Shown: positions 10,373-20,997 of the stretch, piece after piece | Numbering within the stretch: position 1 is the stretch's first letter | How the letters are laid out: every line of letters begins with the position of its first letter | NCBI GenBank assembly: GCA_052038405.1 | Contig: JBQGCI010000429.1 | Coordinates: 1,150-65,149, forward strand | Length of the DNA: 64,000 bases | Source: Acinetobacter pittii | GTDB lineage: Bacteria > Bacteroidota > Bacteroidia > Chitinophagales > Chitinophagaceae | Direction: 5' to 3' | Position numbers and translations under genes: made by a program | The notes under the pieces: generated by a model | Told to the model about the DNA's origin: nothing | What the model saw: only the letters and a program-made list of their open reading frames with translations | Database searches by the model: none

Positions 10373-11146
10373 ATGTTAAAAACCATTTTACACGAGGCTA
10401 TTATGGCCGGCGGCGAGCAGGTATCCAGGTATTTTAATCAAACCTTCGAAATAAAATACAAGGAAGGACGCAATAATCTGGTTACTGCAGCTGATCATGC
10501 ATCAGAAAAAGCGATCCTTGAAGTGATACAGAAAGCTTACCCCGATCACTACATCCTGACAGAAGAAACAGGCGAACTTCCGCAAAACTCCGACTATAAG
10601 TGGATTATAGACCCTATTGACGGCACGATCAATTTTGCGCACGGTATCCCACTTAACTGCATATCCATTGGGGTAGAGTTTAAAGGTGAAATGGTTTTAG
10701 GAATGGTTTACAACCCCCATATGAATGAATTATTTTTTGCCGAGAAGGGCGAGGGGGCTACACTCAACGGGCAGGCCATTAAAGTTAGTGCCGAAACGGA
10801 TGTTATGAAAAGCTGTTTGGTTACGGGATTCCCCTATACATATATACAGCAAAACAATGGACCCATTGAAGTATTTGAACGATTTGTGAGAGAAGGGGTT
10901 CCGGTTCGCAGACTGGGAGCCGCTGCCATTGACCTCTGCTGGGTGGCTGCCGGGCGCCTCGATGGTTTCTATGAGCATAAATTACAACCCTGGGACAGCG
11001 CGGCTGGCTTCCTGATTGTTGAAGAAGCAGGAGGAAAAGTAACCGATTTTGAAGGTAACAGGTATAGTCCTTATGAGCAGCGTATTGTATCTACCAACGG
11101 GCTTATACACGAGCAGTTGCTTGATTTTATTCATGGAGTGAAGTAA
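10373..11146 (+). CDS. Inositol monophosphatase family (SuhB-like)
   Basis: WIIDPIDGTINF and PWDSAAG motifs. Confidence 0.92.
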   Translation: MLKTILHEAIMAGGEQVSRYFNQTFEIKYKEGRNNLVTAADHASEKAILEVIQKAYPDHYILTEETGELPQNSDYKWIIDPIDGTINFAHGIPLNCISIGVEFKGEMVLGMVYNPHMNELFFAEKGEGATLNGQAIKVSAETDVMKSCLVTGFPYTYIQQNNGPIEVFERFVREGVPVRRLGAAAIDLCWVAAGRLDGFYEHKLQPWDSAAGFLIVEEAGGKVTDFEGNRYSPYEQRIVSTNGLIHEQLLDFIHGVK

Positions 11147-11231
11147 GTGTACGATGTGCGGGTTTAGGGTTCTACGAAAATAGCCTGTGTAATTAGCACT
11201 ATACGCATATAATATGCGCTGATTTTTGCTG

Positions 11232-11596
11232 ATGAAAACACAGTATAGGGATGCTGAAGAGCTGAAGCAGAGAACCAAACAGTTTGCAATAGATATTGCA
11301 AGGTTAACCCGGTCCCTGCCCGAAAACAGGGTAAACAATGCCAATTGTAACCAAATGCTACGGTTGGCAAGCTCCACTGGAGCCAATTGCAGGCTGCACG
11401 AAGAGCCAGATCAAAAGCAGATCATCTCAAAAAATTGAAAATAGTAGAGGAAGAACTGGATGAGAGCTTATTTTTTCTTGAATTGCTTTTGGTATTTAAT
11501 CCGCTTTTTGAAGAAAAAATAAATTGTATTTACAAAGAGGGGAAAATTTTACGAGGGATTATCGTAGCAACTCTCATAACAAAAAGAAATAATTAA
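11232..11596 (+). pseudogene. Four-helix-bundle (23S rRNA IVS / Avd-like) protein, frameshifted
   Basis: LKQRTKQFA...QMLRLASSTGAN in one frame continues as AARRARSKAD..KLKIVEEELDESLFFLELL in another. Adding one G at about 11391-11393 restores GANCRAARRARS. Confidence 0.8.
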
Positions 11597-11639
11597 TAAA
11601 CGGACCGCGTCTATCGTACTCCGTACATCAAGCATAAAA

Positions 11640-12668
11640 ATGTCAGAACGCACAGAAATATCCGATTTGGGAGAGTTTGGTTTGATAGCACATCTTACCA
11701 GGAATATTGAATTACAAAATGCGTCATCGCTCCTGGGCGTAGGCGACGATGCGGCCGTAATAGATCATTATGGCAAACAAACTGTGGTTACCACCGACCT
11801 GTTGCTGGAAGGGGTACATTTTGATTTAATGTATACGCCTCTTAAACACCTGGGCTATAAGAGCGTGATTGTAAATCTTAGTGATGTGTATGCCATGAAT
11901 GCTACGCCGACACAAATAACCATCAGCCTGGGATTAAGTAACCGCATCAGCCTCGAAGCGCTCGATGAATTTTATGAAGGGGTATATGCCGCCTGCCATC
12001 ATTACGGCGTGGACCTGGTAGGAGGCGATACCACCACGTCGCAAAAAGGGTTTGTTATTTCGGTAACGGCTATTGGAGAAGTTACCCCCGACCAATTTGT
12101 AAAACGCAGTACTGCCCAGAAAGGCGACCTGCTTTGCGTAAGCGGAGATTTAGGTGCCGCTTATATCGGTTTACTTTTCCTGGAAAGAGAAAAGAAGATA
12201 TTTCTGGAAAGCCCGGGCGTACAGCCCGACCTGGAGGGAGAAACCTATGTGGTGGGCCGCTTGCTGAAACCGGAAGCCCGAAAAGACATTGTTGATTTTT
12301 TTGCAGATCAGGAAATACTACCTACATCTATGATGGACGTCAGCGATGGACTGAGTTCTGAAATTTTGCATATCTGCAAGCAAAGTAATTTAGGCTGCGT
12401 GTTGTATGAGGATAAAATACCGGTAGCTGAAGAAGCCCGGCTTGCTGCTTTTAAATTCGAAATAGACCCCACGTCCTGTGCATTGAGCGGGGGCGAAGAT
12501 TACGAGCTGTTGTTTACTGTGTCTCAAAACGATTATGAAAAAGTATCGGCCAACGCTAATATCAGCGTCATTGGTTACATGACTGAAGTAACAGAGGGGA
12601 GTACCATCATTACCAAAGGAGGCGGCAGGCACACCATTACAGCCCAGGGGTGGAACCCGTTGAAATAA
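11640..12668 (+). CDS. thiL: Thiamine-monophosphate kinase
   Basis: LGEFGLI, GVGDDAA, EGVHF, NLSDVYAM, MDVSDGL and GGEDYELLF motifs. Confidence 0.95.
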   Translation: MSERTEISDLGEFGLIAHLTRNIELQNASSLLGVGDDAAVIDHYGKQTVVTTDLLLEGVHFDLMYTPLKHLGYKSVIVNLSDVYAMNATPTQITISLGLSNRISLEALDEFYEGVYAACHHYGVDLVGGDTTTSQKGFVISVTAIGEVTPDQFVKRSTAQKGDLLCVSGDLGAAYIGLLFLEREKKIFLESPGVQPDLEGETYVVGRLLKPEARKDIVDFFADQEILPTSMMDVSDGLSSEILHICKQSNLGCVLYEDKIPVAEEARLAAFKFEIDPTSCALSGGEDYELLFTVSQNDYEKVSANANISVIGYMTEVTEGSTIITKGGGRHTITAQGWNPLK

Positions 12669-12674
12669 TACCGG

Positions 12675-14267
12675 ATGGGGTTACCATTACCAGGGCATCA
12701 TTCATCCTCATGGGCAGCCCGTAGTCATCGGGAGCACACCCGTATTGCTCCCACTTATTGTCTCTTTTACCAGGGAGTTTTGCTCGCATTCCTGTTCTTT
12801 TTATTTTCCTGCGGCAGTACCCGAAACGCTTTTCATCCCAATAAGAGGTTTACTGCAGCTCAGCTAGAAGAAGATTACCACTTACTTCAAACGGTGCTGG
12901 AACAAAAGCATCCCAGCCTCTATTGGTATAGCACCCAGGATCAAATGGACAGCGCTTTTGAAGCCGGCCGCGCTCTGCTGAGGGACAGCATGACAGAATA
13001 CGGGTTTCGAAGCGTGCTTGCCCTGGTTATCAGCAATATTCAATGCGGGCATACCTCGGTTCGACCTTCTAAAACCTACCAGAAATATTTTGATACGTTA
13101 CCAACCAAACGCAGCTTTCCGCTCCATATCAAAACCTGGAATGATACGATTGTATTAACGGCCCCAGTTAAAAATACACCATTGGTAAGAGGAGATATTA
13201 TTGATTCTATCAACGGTATATCAACTCAACAAATTCTCGATACTTTGCTCCGTTTTATTCCCGCAGATGGAAATAATATGGTTGCGAAAAGCCAGCTATT
13301 GAGTGGAACCAGCTATTTCGCCTCATCGTATACCGGTGTTTTTGGCTGGCCTAAAACGTTTCGTATTGCTTATAAAGATAGCTTAGGCCAGTCAAAACAA
13401 ACCGTCATACAGCCTGTTCTTTTGCACAAGGACAGTATATCTAAAGCCGGAAAGAAGATTGTTAAAAAAGATAAAAAAACCAAAGCCGACCCATTAAAAG
13501 AACAGCGGTCCCTGGAGTTATCAGCAAAAGACGGCTATGCTGTTATGGAACTCAATACCTTTTCAGGCAGGCCCGGCTTGAAGCGGTTCTTCCGGAAGTC
13601 GTTCAAAAAGCTGGGCGACTCGGCAATTAACAACCTGGTTATTGATCTGAGATTAAACGGCGGCGGAAGGATTGCTCACTCCACCTCATTAATACGCTAT
13701 CTGGTTAACCAACCCTTTAAAACCGGCGATTCCATTTATGCCAAAAAACCCTCTTTCAGGTATGGCCGGTTTATCCAAAACAATTTCACCGAAACGCTCT
13801 TCACCCTGATAGCGACGAGAAAAAAAGGCGATCAGTATCATTACCGGCATTTTGAAAACAAGTACTATAAGCCCCGCAAAAGAATCCATTACAAGGGGCA
13901 GGTTTACATTTTAACTGGCGGGTACACCTATTCGGCAAGTGTTTTGGTATTAAATGCCTTGCGTAATCAGCCCAATGTAACTATTGTAGGTGAACCATCG
14001 GGAGGAGCGGCCTATGGCAATACGGCTATGATCATTCCGGATGTAACATTACCCCATACCAGAGTTCGCTTCAGGTTACCTTTGTTCAGGCTGGTAATTG
14101 ACAAAGATATACCCAAAAACGGAAAGGGAGTTGAGCCGGATGTATCTGTAAGCGCAACACCTGAAAGCATTCGAAGAGGGGCTGACGCTAAGATGAAAAA
14201 GGCCTTGGAGCTGATAAAAACAGGGAATAACAGCAACCGATCGCCAAGGTATCAGTCCCCCAATTAG
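12675..14267 (+). CDS. S41-family peptidase (probable lipoprotein; start uncertain)
   Basis: CGHT, IDLRLNGGG, TYSAS, VGEPSGG and GVEPD motifs; FLFSC lipobox. Confidence 0.85.
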   Translation: MGLPLPGHHSSSWAARSHREHTRIAPTYCLFYQGVLLAFLFFLFSCGSTRNAFHPNKRFTAAQLEEDYHLLQTVLEQKHPSLYWYSTQDQMDSAFEAGRALLRDSMTEYGFRSVLALVISNIQCGHTSVRPSKTYQKYFDTLPTKRSFPLHIKTWNDTIVLTAPVKNTPLVRGDIIDSINGISTQQILDTLLRFIPADGNNMVAKSQLLSGTSYFASSYTGVFGWPKTFRIAYKDSLGQSKQTVIQPVLLHKDSISKAGKKIVKKDKKTKADPLKEQRSLELSAKDGYAVMELNTFSGRPGLKRFFRKSFKKLGDSAINNLVIDLRLNGGGRIAHSTSLIRYLVNQPFKTGDSIYAKKPSFRYGRFIQNNFTETLFTLIATRKKGDQYHYRHFENKYYKPRKRIHYKGQVYILTGGYTYSASVLVLNALRNQPNVTIVGEPSGGAAYGNTAMIIPDVTLPHTRVRFRLPLFRLVIDKDIPKNGKGVEPDVSVSATPESIRRGADAKMKKALELIKTGNNSNRSPRYQSPN

Positions 14268-14270
14268 GTA

Positions 14271-15089
14271 TCAGAAAATTTTAAACTCGTCTGCATCTTC
14301 CCAGAAGGGAAACCGGCTGCGAACATCATTAAGATGATTTTTATCGAGTGTAATGGTGAAGAGGTCTTCCTCATCTTTTTTATGATACAATACTTCACCC
14401 AAAGGATCCACCACCATGCTATCGCCGCTGTGATAAATGCCATTACCATCGGTGCCAACGCGATTAACCCCTACCACATAACACTGGTTTTCAATAGCGC
14501 GGGCCTGCAGTAATGTTTTCCAGGCATGGCTTCTCCTCTCAGGCCAGTTGGCTACATAAATCAGTACATCGTATAAGCCATGCCAGTTTTCACCGGAAGT
14601 TGGTGGTATTTGCCTGGCCCAAACCGGAAAACGCAGGTCGTAACATACCTGTAGATTGATCTTCCAGTCTTTCACCGAAGCAATGAGGCGCTTCTCGCCA
14701 GCGGTATAATGATCATGCTCATGCGCATAGGCAAATAAATGACGCTTATTATAAACGCCCAGCTGGCCATTGGGAAGCATCCACACCAAGCGGTTAAAAT
14801 AAGCCTCGCCCCCGTCATTGGCAACCTCTTTGATCATAAGGCTGCCGGTAATTATTTTTCTTTCTTCCGCCGATATACGCTTCATCCATTCGACTGACCC
14901 ACCTTCCATTGTTTCTGCAAGCAATTCCGGTTTCATGCTAAAACCGGTTGAGAACATTTCAGGTAACACCACGATCTCGGTTTTACCAGGAATACTTTTT
15001 ATTTTTTCTTCCAATAATTGAAGATTGGCGGCTTTATCTTCCCAAACCAGCTGCGTTTGTACCAGTGTGATCGTTAAGGCGTCCTTCAT
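14271..15089 (-). CDS. Carbon-nitrogen hydrolase (omega-amidase YafV-like)
   Basis: LPEMF, YNKRHLF and VCYDLRFP give the E-K-C catalytic triad. Confidence 0.92.
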   Translation of the reverse strand: MKDALTITLVQTQLVWEDKAANLQLLEEKIKSIPGKTEIVVLPEMFSTGFSMKPELLAETMEGGSVEWMKRISAEERKIITGSLMIKEVANDGGEAYFNRLVWMLPNGQLGVYNKRHLFAYAHEHDHYTAGEKRLIASVKDWKINLQVCYDLRFPVWARQIPPTSGENWHGLYDVLIYVANWPERRSHAWKTLLQARAIENQCYVVGVNRVGTDGNGIYHSGDSMVVDPLGEVLYHKKDEEDLFTITLDKNHLNDVRSRFPFWEDADEFKIF

Positions 15090-15090
15090 C

Positions 15091-15582
15091 TTAATCGTTT
15101 GATGCGTTAAATAATGGCTGGATCAAATGAGATTCGAACCCTTTCTGCAAAAGGTAGTCCGTTGCTTTTTTCATTTTAGCAAAACGGTTGGAAGTCCCTT
15201 TAAGGCTTTCCCATTTCTGCGTAAATAGCTTTCGGAGCACCTGCTCATAATCCGCTTCATCTATTTCCTTTAACCCGATCTTGATACAATACGGACTGAC
15301 ACCTTTTTGTTTCAGGGCCTGCACAATTTTGTTTTTACCCCATTGTTTGGTTCTGAAATGACCTCCGGCAAAAGATTGGGCAAAGCGCTCTTCGTTTAAA
15401 TAGTTCTCTTCAATAAGAGTAGCGATAATCTCGTCATGTTCCTTTTTCCAGACGCCCAGATCATACAATTTACTTACCACATCACTGTGGCAACGTTCGG
15501 CATAAGCGCAATAATGCCTTAGCTTTTGTAAAGCCTGGTCTTTTGTTAAATGCGGCTTTGATATTTTTGGTTTTTCATCCAT
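15091..15582 (-). CDS. recX: Regulatory protein RecX
   Basis: YCAYAERC, YLNEERFA, WGKNKI and YLLQKGFE motifs. Confidence 0.9.
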   Translation of the reverse strand: MDEKPKISKPHLTKDQALQKLRHYCAYAERCHSDVVSKLYDLGVWKKEHDEIIATLIEENYLNEERFAQSFAGGHFRTKQWGKNKIVQALKQKGVSPYCIKIGLKEIDEADYEQVLRKLFTQKWESLKGTSNRFAKMKKATDYLLQKGFESHLIQPLFNASND

Positions 15583-15596
15583 CGCCTTATCCCGTA

Positions 15597-16700
15597 TTAA
15601 ACCTCTTCCAGTCTGGCTATACAGCCAAATTCATCTTTCAAATAGTCGTCGTAGTGATCGGCCTGTTCAAACAGATTTCTGAACTCGGCTACGCCTGTTT
15701 CCTTAGTCATATCCAGGTCGTAAATCAACCGGCTCAACACAATATTATTTTTTACACAGCTTAATACCAGTCCGCTTGGTTTATTGTTTTCCTGTAATAA
15801 AAAGCGGTACAGGGGCTTTATCTTCTGTGCATCCAAAGGCATCTGGCATAGATAGGCATCACCGGCTACAAAATCATTTTCGGGGTTATAGCTGATTTTA
15901 ACCTTGGCAGACCCCGCTTTCACGCTCCACATATTGGCTCCATCCCTGGCCAGCCGTACATCTTTACCTAATTCTTTCAAAATGTCTTCAATTAGTTTAG
16001 CCACGCCCATCAGCTCCACCTCCTTCTCGGGAAGCTGGGGTAATTTCACCTCTGATCCGCAACTGGGGCAATATTTATTATTATCGATCGTTTCCGCTGT
16101 TACCAGGTAATCGCAGTTGGAGCATCTTGTTGCTGCATAACCTACATGAGGCAGGTAAAGGTCCAGCGCTTCTTTAAGAGTGCTCACAGGCAGCGCGAAG
16201 CCCAGGTTATCGCCGCCTTTTATAATAAAGGAGTTGACGCCAATAACTTCGCCGGCATAGTTTACCAGGGGACCGCCGCTATTGCCCGGGTTAATTGCTG
16301 CATCAATTTGTATATACTTCTCTCCATCCCGAATACGGTCTACTTTTGATATTACTCCCTGCGTAGCCGAGTAGTTCAAGCCGTAAGGATGGCCTATAGC
16401 GATGACGTTATCACCATCCTTCATGGCTTCGTAATCACCTAAAATAATCTCAGGTAAATCGGCTGCTGCAGGCGGCTCCAGAAATGCCAGATCGTGCTGG
16501 CTATCGGTATACCATACTCTCGATAGTGCCTTCTCGAAGGTTTTACCGGCAATGGTTACTTCAGGATTGTTCGCTACCACATGGTTGTTGGTAACAATCA
16601 GTCCGTAATTTTTTAAATAAAAACCCGTACCGGTACCCGACTGCGTTGCTATTTGTATAATAGCATTTTGATAGGTATTGATAATTTCTTTTGAATTCAT
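15597..16700 (-). CDS. Trypsin-like serine protease with double zinc ribbon and putative YbjN-like C-terminal domain
   Basis: TNNHVV, DLA, IQIDAAINPGNSGGP; CSNC...CPSCG. No signal peptide and no PDZ domain recognised. Confidence 0.8.
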   Translation of the reverse strand: MNSKEIINTYQNAIIQIATQSGTGTGFYLKNYGLIVTNNHVVANNPEVTIAGKTFEKALSRVWYTDSQHDLAFLEPPAAADLPEIILGDYEAMKDGDNVIAIGHPYGLNYSATQGVISKVDRIRDGEKYIQIDAAINPGNSGGPLVNYAGEVIGVNSFIIKGGDNLGFALPVSTLKEALDLYLPHVGYAATRCSNCDYLVTAETIDNNKYCPSCGSEVKLPQLPEKEVELMGVAKLIEDILKELGKDVRLARDGANMWSVKAGSAKVKISYNPENDFVAGDAYLCQMPLDAQKIKPLYRFLLQENNKPSGLVLSCVKNNIVLSRLIYDLDMTKETGVAEFRNLFEQADHYDDYLKDEFGCIARLEEV

Positions 16701-16734
16701 TGTTCATTAGTGGTTTAACATCCTGGCTTCTCTT

Positions 16735-16775
16735 CATTAATAACCATTCACCGCTCACCCTTTATCACTCATTAT
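16735..16775. repeat. Degenerate 7-bp tandem repeats
   Basis: aaccatt caccgct caccctt tatcact cattatt. Confidence 0.5.
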
Positions 16776-18090
16776 TCAAGTTCAGCAGCTCTATCTGGTT
16801 GGTAAAACTTTGATTGAACCGGAGTAAGCTGTTGTAGGCTATTTGATCGGTATTAAAATTCATTAGCGGGTATTTTTGTCGCCATTGACTTTGTATCTGC
16901 CTGATTTTTCCCGCGATCACATCCTGCTCAAACTTATTAGCCACTGGCATATAAAGCGCCTGGGTATATCCCAGGGCCCTGAAGTACTCGGGGTAGTTCA
17001 CCTGCATCAATATTTCAATTAACTGCGTAATGGGTTTGGGTAGGCTGTAAGAGTACTGGCAGTAAGTAAGACCATATTCTATAATTTTATTGGCAAAGTA
17101 CTCGTGGCTGTTATCCCTGTACCATAACATGTTTTGGTTCGCCTCATTGATAGCATCGGCTATCGTTTTATGAGGCTGCGGGGTTACTATTGAAAAGGTA
17201 TACCTGGAACGGAACAGGTTTTTGAAAACCTCCTCCTTGGGTTTATCCCGCAATTTTTTAAACTCTTCGATCATATCCCGGTTCTTTTCCACCATTTGCC
17301 GGTCATCTTTTTTAAAGTAGATGCCTGAAATTTTTTCCAGGTCGTTCAATAACTGGCCTTCGGGTGCAATCAAAAAGTCAATACGATATACCAGCGCCAG
17401 TAGTAAGTAGCAAATACCGCCCGAAAACTTGTCGGCGTCAACCGTTGCAATCTTATCCAGCGTTTCGGTTATCCATGTTTGCATGGCTTCGTATTTCACC
17501 TGCTTTTCTGAGTCGGGAATTTCGTAAATATGCTCCTGATCCAATCTTTCCAAAAATGAAAAGTCCTGAACCAGCAAATCATCCTGTTTATCACTTTTGA
17601 TAGCGAGCTCTTTCAGCCCATAATATAGTTTACTGGGGTTAGCCGTTTCAATATTCGTATCGAATCGCATACACAGGTCATGGTCACGGAGAGCGTAGCG
17701 GCTGTAATAGAGTGTGAAATTCATTTCCAGCAGGCGACGCATTACGGGTACCGAGGGCTGGGGCATCCGGGCCAGTTTTACTTCGGCAGACAGCAATCCA
17801 TTTTCGATATGGCCCCTTACCACCTTCGATCCCTGGTAAAATTCGAAGCTAAACCTGTCATTATCACCCGAAAAATTTACATTTTTTTGCTCATCGTCTT
17901 TTAGATAATCAAAAAAAGCATTAATGGACTCCATGTATTTCTTGTCCTTGAACAAATTATCGGCTTCTGTCCACCTGTTTCCTTTTGCTACGGTTTTATT
18001 ATTATCAGAATAACGCCCAAAAGGAATACGCACCGCTTCGGCGGCCGGATCACTCTTTCCTTTGATGAGGCTGATTAGCTTGTTAAACAT
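16765..18090 (-). CDS. Conserved hypothetical protein (putative YbjN-like domain plus helical region)
   Basis: Long ORF. The FGRYSDNNK, FEFYQGSK and MRRLLEMNF segments resemble a YbjN/chaperone fold. Co-oriented with the protease. Confidence 0.6.
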   Translation of the reverse strand: MFNKLISLIKGKSDPAAEAVRIPFGRYSDNNKTVAKGNRWTEADNLFKDKKYMESINAFFDYLKDDEQKNVNFSGDNDRFSFEFYQGSKVVRGHIENGLLSAEVKLARMPQPSVPVMRRLLEMNFTLYYSRYALRDHDLCMRFDTNIETANPSKLYYGLKELAIKSDKQDDLLVQDFSFLERLDQEHIYEIPDSEKQVKYEAMQTWITETLDKIATVDADKFSGGICYLLLALVYRIDFLIAPEGQLLNDLEKISGIYFKKDDRQMVEKNRDMIEEFKKLRDKPKEEVFKNLFRSRYTFSIVTPQPHKTIADAINEANQNMLWYRDNSHEYFANKIIEYGLTYCQYSYSLPKPITQLIEILMQVNYPEYFRALGYTQALYMPVANKFEQDVIAGKIRQIQSQWRQKYPLMNFNTDQIAYNSLLRFNQSFTNQIELLNLNNE

Positions 18091-18505
18091 GCTGTTCTTT
18101 TTTAATAGAGTGGGGGAAGATACAAAACCTTTTGAGAACGGATTCATTTACAAAATCCTAAATCCGCGCTCCGGTAAATACTTACTTTACCGGCGATCAG
18201 CGGGTGAAGAAGTCTGAACTGGGATGTGGATATAAGTGCGATCCGAAGTCAAAAATGACCCGGAATACGGGTAACGCCGGGCGGCAAACGGCCTCCTTAT
18301 CCGATAAAACAAGGTAAAACGTGGTATTATTATAAATAAATTATATTGCGTTCATTCATTTTTATAGTAGCTTCGCTGCACTCAAAAAAGGATAGAACAA
18401 TAAAATTCTTAAACGGATGAAATGAACTGTAAAAATTTCTCTTTTTAGAGGGATGATTATTGGCGAATTCCATCCGGCCACTAAAAAAGATATAAAAACA
18501 GACAG

Positions 18506-19621
18506 ATGAAATTTATAGCATCATCGAACGCTTTGCTTAAACAACTGCAGAACCTTTCGGGCGTTATTAACGCCAATACCGTATTGCCTATATTGGAAGA
18601 CTTTCTTTTTGAAATTGAAGCGAACAAGCTGACTATTGTGGCAACGGATCTGGAAACAGTGATGAGAACGGAGATGGAGATTGAAGCAAAGGATAGCGGT
18701 CGTGTTTGTATCCCGGGTAAAATACTGATCGATTCATTAAAAAATATACCAGATCAGCCGCTTACTTTTAATATTGATAAAAACTTCAGTGTTGAAATTA
18801 CCAGCGATAGTGGTAAGTATAAAGTAATGGGCGAAAACCCCGACAATTTTCCTAAAGAGCCGGCGGCAGATGATACTACATCATTTACCATGACCTCTTC
18901 GGCCCTGGTGACGGCTATCAACAAAACCTTATTTGCTACCAGTACCGATGATCTCCGCCCGGCTATGACAGGTGTTTTCTTTGAACTGGATAAAAATGGT
19001 ATCCAATTTGTTGCCACTGACGCACACAGATTGGTACGTTATAAACGTAAGGATGCACAGGCTGCAGGTGGCGATAATTTTATTGTTCCCCGTAAACCGC
19101 TGAACCTGTTAAAGTCGGCATTACCTGATAATGATGACATTATCACTTTAAATTACAATACCAACCATTTTTTCGTAACGCATGGTACTACCCGCTTAAG
19201 CTGTCGATTAATCGACGCCCGCTTCCCGGATTATAAAGTGGTGATTCCAACGGAAAACCCATACCGGCTTACGGTAATCCGCACCGAGTTTCTGGGAGCA
19301 TTGCGTCGCGTAAGTGTATTCAGTAATAAGAGCACTTACCAGGTTGCATTAACCATCAGCGGCAGCGAATTACAATTAGCGGCACAGGATGTCGATTTCA
19401 GCTTCGAGGGTAATGAACGTATGAAATGCCAATACAATGGCGAAGACCTGCAAATTGCCTTTAACGCTAAGTTTTTAATTGAAATGCTGAACAGCACACA
19501 TAGCGAAGAAGTATATCTGGAACTCAGCACTCCAACGAAGGCTGGGTTGATCAAACCAGTTGAGCAGGATGAAAGTGAGGAGCTGTTAATGCTGGTAATG
19601 CCGTTAATGCTGAATCAGTAG
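18506..19621 (+). CDS. dnaN: DNA polymerase III beta sliding clamp
   Basis: ATDLE, VATDAHRL, RLIDARFPDY and LVMPL motifs. Confidence 0.97.
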   Translation: MKFIASSNALLKQLQNLSGVINANTVLPILEDFLFEIEANKLTIVATDLETVMRTEMEIEAKDSGRVCIPGKILIDSLKNIPDQPLTFNIDKNFSVEITSDSGKYKVMGENPDNFPKEPAADDTTSFTMTSSALVTAINKTLFATSTDDLRPAMTGVFFELDKNGIQFVATDAHRLVRYKRKDAQAAGGDNFIVPRKPLNLLKSALPDNDDIITLNYNTNHFFVTHGTTRLSCRLIDARFPDYKVVIPTENPYRLTVIRTEFLGALRRVSVFSNKSTYQVALTISGSELQLAAQDVDFSFEGNERMKCQYNGEDLQIAFNAKFLIEMLNSTHSEEVYLELSTPTKAGLIKPVEQDESEELLMLVMPLMLNQ

Positions 19622-19639
19622 CTTGCATTATAATATATA

Positions 19640-20326
19640 ATGGCATCGATTTGCCTTTCAGTGAATTTCCCGCCACAACCGGGTTATCGCTCCATTATTA
19701 TGACAAAACATTTTCAAAGATCTCGACGCACTCAGGATACTCCTTCAGGGAGCAGCGGGCAGATCGTCAGTAATAAATGTTACTGGTTAGCCTGCGTGGC
19801 CGTATTTTTATTCGCATGTAACTCTTCCGGCAGAATTAACAACGCGGCAACAAAGTCAAAAACAGAGGCGAAAGTGGTGCTTCCGACACAGCCGGTTGCC
19901 ACACCGGAAGGCATCAATTATGTGTACGATTACGAGAACATCTTTACACCCGCGGAGGAGAAAAAACTGGATTCCCTTGCCAAAGTATTTGAAAAAAGCA
20001 ACCTCATCCCTATCAGGATTACAACAGTGCATGACCCGGTAGTGACAGCCGAAAACTTTGACCAACGAAATAGCATCTTACTCAATGAATGGTCGGCCAT
20101 GCATGGCAAAAGCGACCGGTGCATGTCTATAAGCATCAGCAGGCAATTAAAACGCATTCATATCGATTATGACGCCTTCGTATTACAGCTTTTGAGTGAT
20201 AATGAAGTCAAAACTATAGTAGAAAGTCAGTTTACACCTTCTTTTAAACAGGACCAGTTTTACCAGGGCACATGGAATGGCTTGAATGCTCTAATGGATA
20301 CCATCCGCAAAAACATCAAATTTTAA
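19640..20326 (+). CDS. TPM-domain lipoprotein (start uncertain)
   Basis: LFAC lipobox. YVYDYENIFT and FTPSFKQDQFYQG motifs. Confidence 0.7.
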   Translation: MASICLSVNFPPQPGYRSIIMTKHFQRSRRTQDTPSGSSGQIVSNKCYWLACVAVFLFACNSSGRINNAATKSKTEAKVVLPTQPVATPEGINYVYDYENIFTPAEEKKLDSLAKVFEKSNLIPIRITTVHDPVVTAENFDQRNSILLNEWSAMHGKSDRCMSISISRQLKRIHIDYDAFVLQLLSDNEVKTIVESQFTPSFKQDQFYQGTWNGLNALMDTIRKNIKF

Positions 20327-20704
20327 CGCGTATTGAGTTGCAGCAATGGAAACCCCCGGAACGGCTCAATACTTGTTTTTTGGACACTAGTGATGGTTTC
20401 ACCCCTAACTTTTTATGATAAAATGGCGTTTAATATCCTTACCGGCGATATTGACGTTCTTCATTCTCAATGCCTGTAGTAAAAAGAGATCATCGCCGGG
20501 TCGATGGAAACCTGCTGATATACATCGCGCAGGTTGATTTAAATGATACGAAGAGATACGCGCAAACGGTGCCGGTTATAATGAATAGTTCAGGTTGAAC
20601 ATTTAATAAGCCCCAACGTATTTCCAAGAGCTGTAATCCTGCTGCAGCTTTCGCTTTTTCCAGAGTATATCGTTTAATATAATAAATACACTTACCTTCG
20701 CGCC

Positions 20705-20885
20705 GCATTGGTTCAATACGCCCTTCCGGGCGCTATTGATTAAAAGGGAATCAGGTGCAAATCCTGAACAGTCCCGCTACTGTAAGTTCTACAAAAACAT
20801 TTTGACAAATCTAAGCCACTGTTCTGAAAAGTTCAGAACGGGAAGGCCGCTCAAAATGAGAATAAGTCAGGAGACCTGCCAAAGC
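20705..20885 (+). ncRNA. Cobalamin riboswitch
   Basis: aaaagggaatcaggtgcaaatcctgaacagtcccgctactgtaag, gccactg...gggaaggc and the B12 box agtcaggagacctgcc. Lies upstream of a TonB receptor; taccttcg -7-like box at 20693-20700. Confidence 0.95.
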
Positions 20886-20997
20886 AGACAGATGTTAAGC
20901 TTTCGTGGACTGAAGCTTGAACGCAAATGTTTTTTATAGCAACATATTTGTTTTCAATTGTTCGCAAAGCTGTTTGATTCATTTAATCAAATAGTTC

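Noticed and set aside
11232-11596. Diversity-generating retroelement suggested by the Avd-like fold
   Set aside because: No reverse transcriptase and no TR/VR repeat pair seen in the window.
18148-18505. Possible oriC upstream of dnaN
   Set aside because: Only one imperfect DnaA-box-like 9-mer (tgtggatat), no cluster and no dnaA; dnaN is commonly unlinked from the origin in Bacteroidota.
20736-20939. 67-aa ORF before btuB
   Set aside because: It is a translation of the cobalamin riboswitch.
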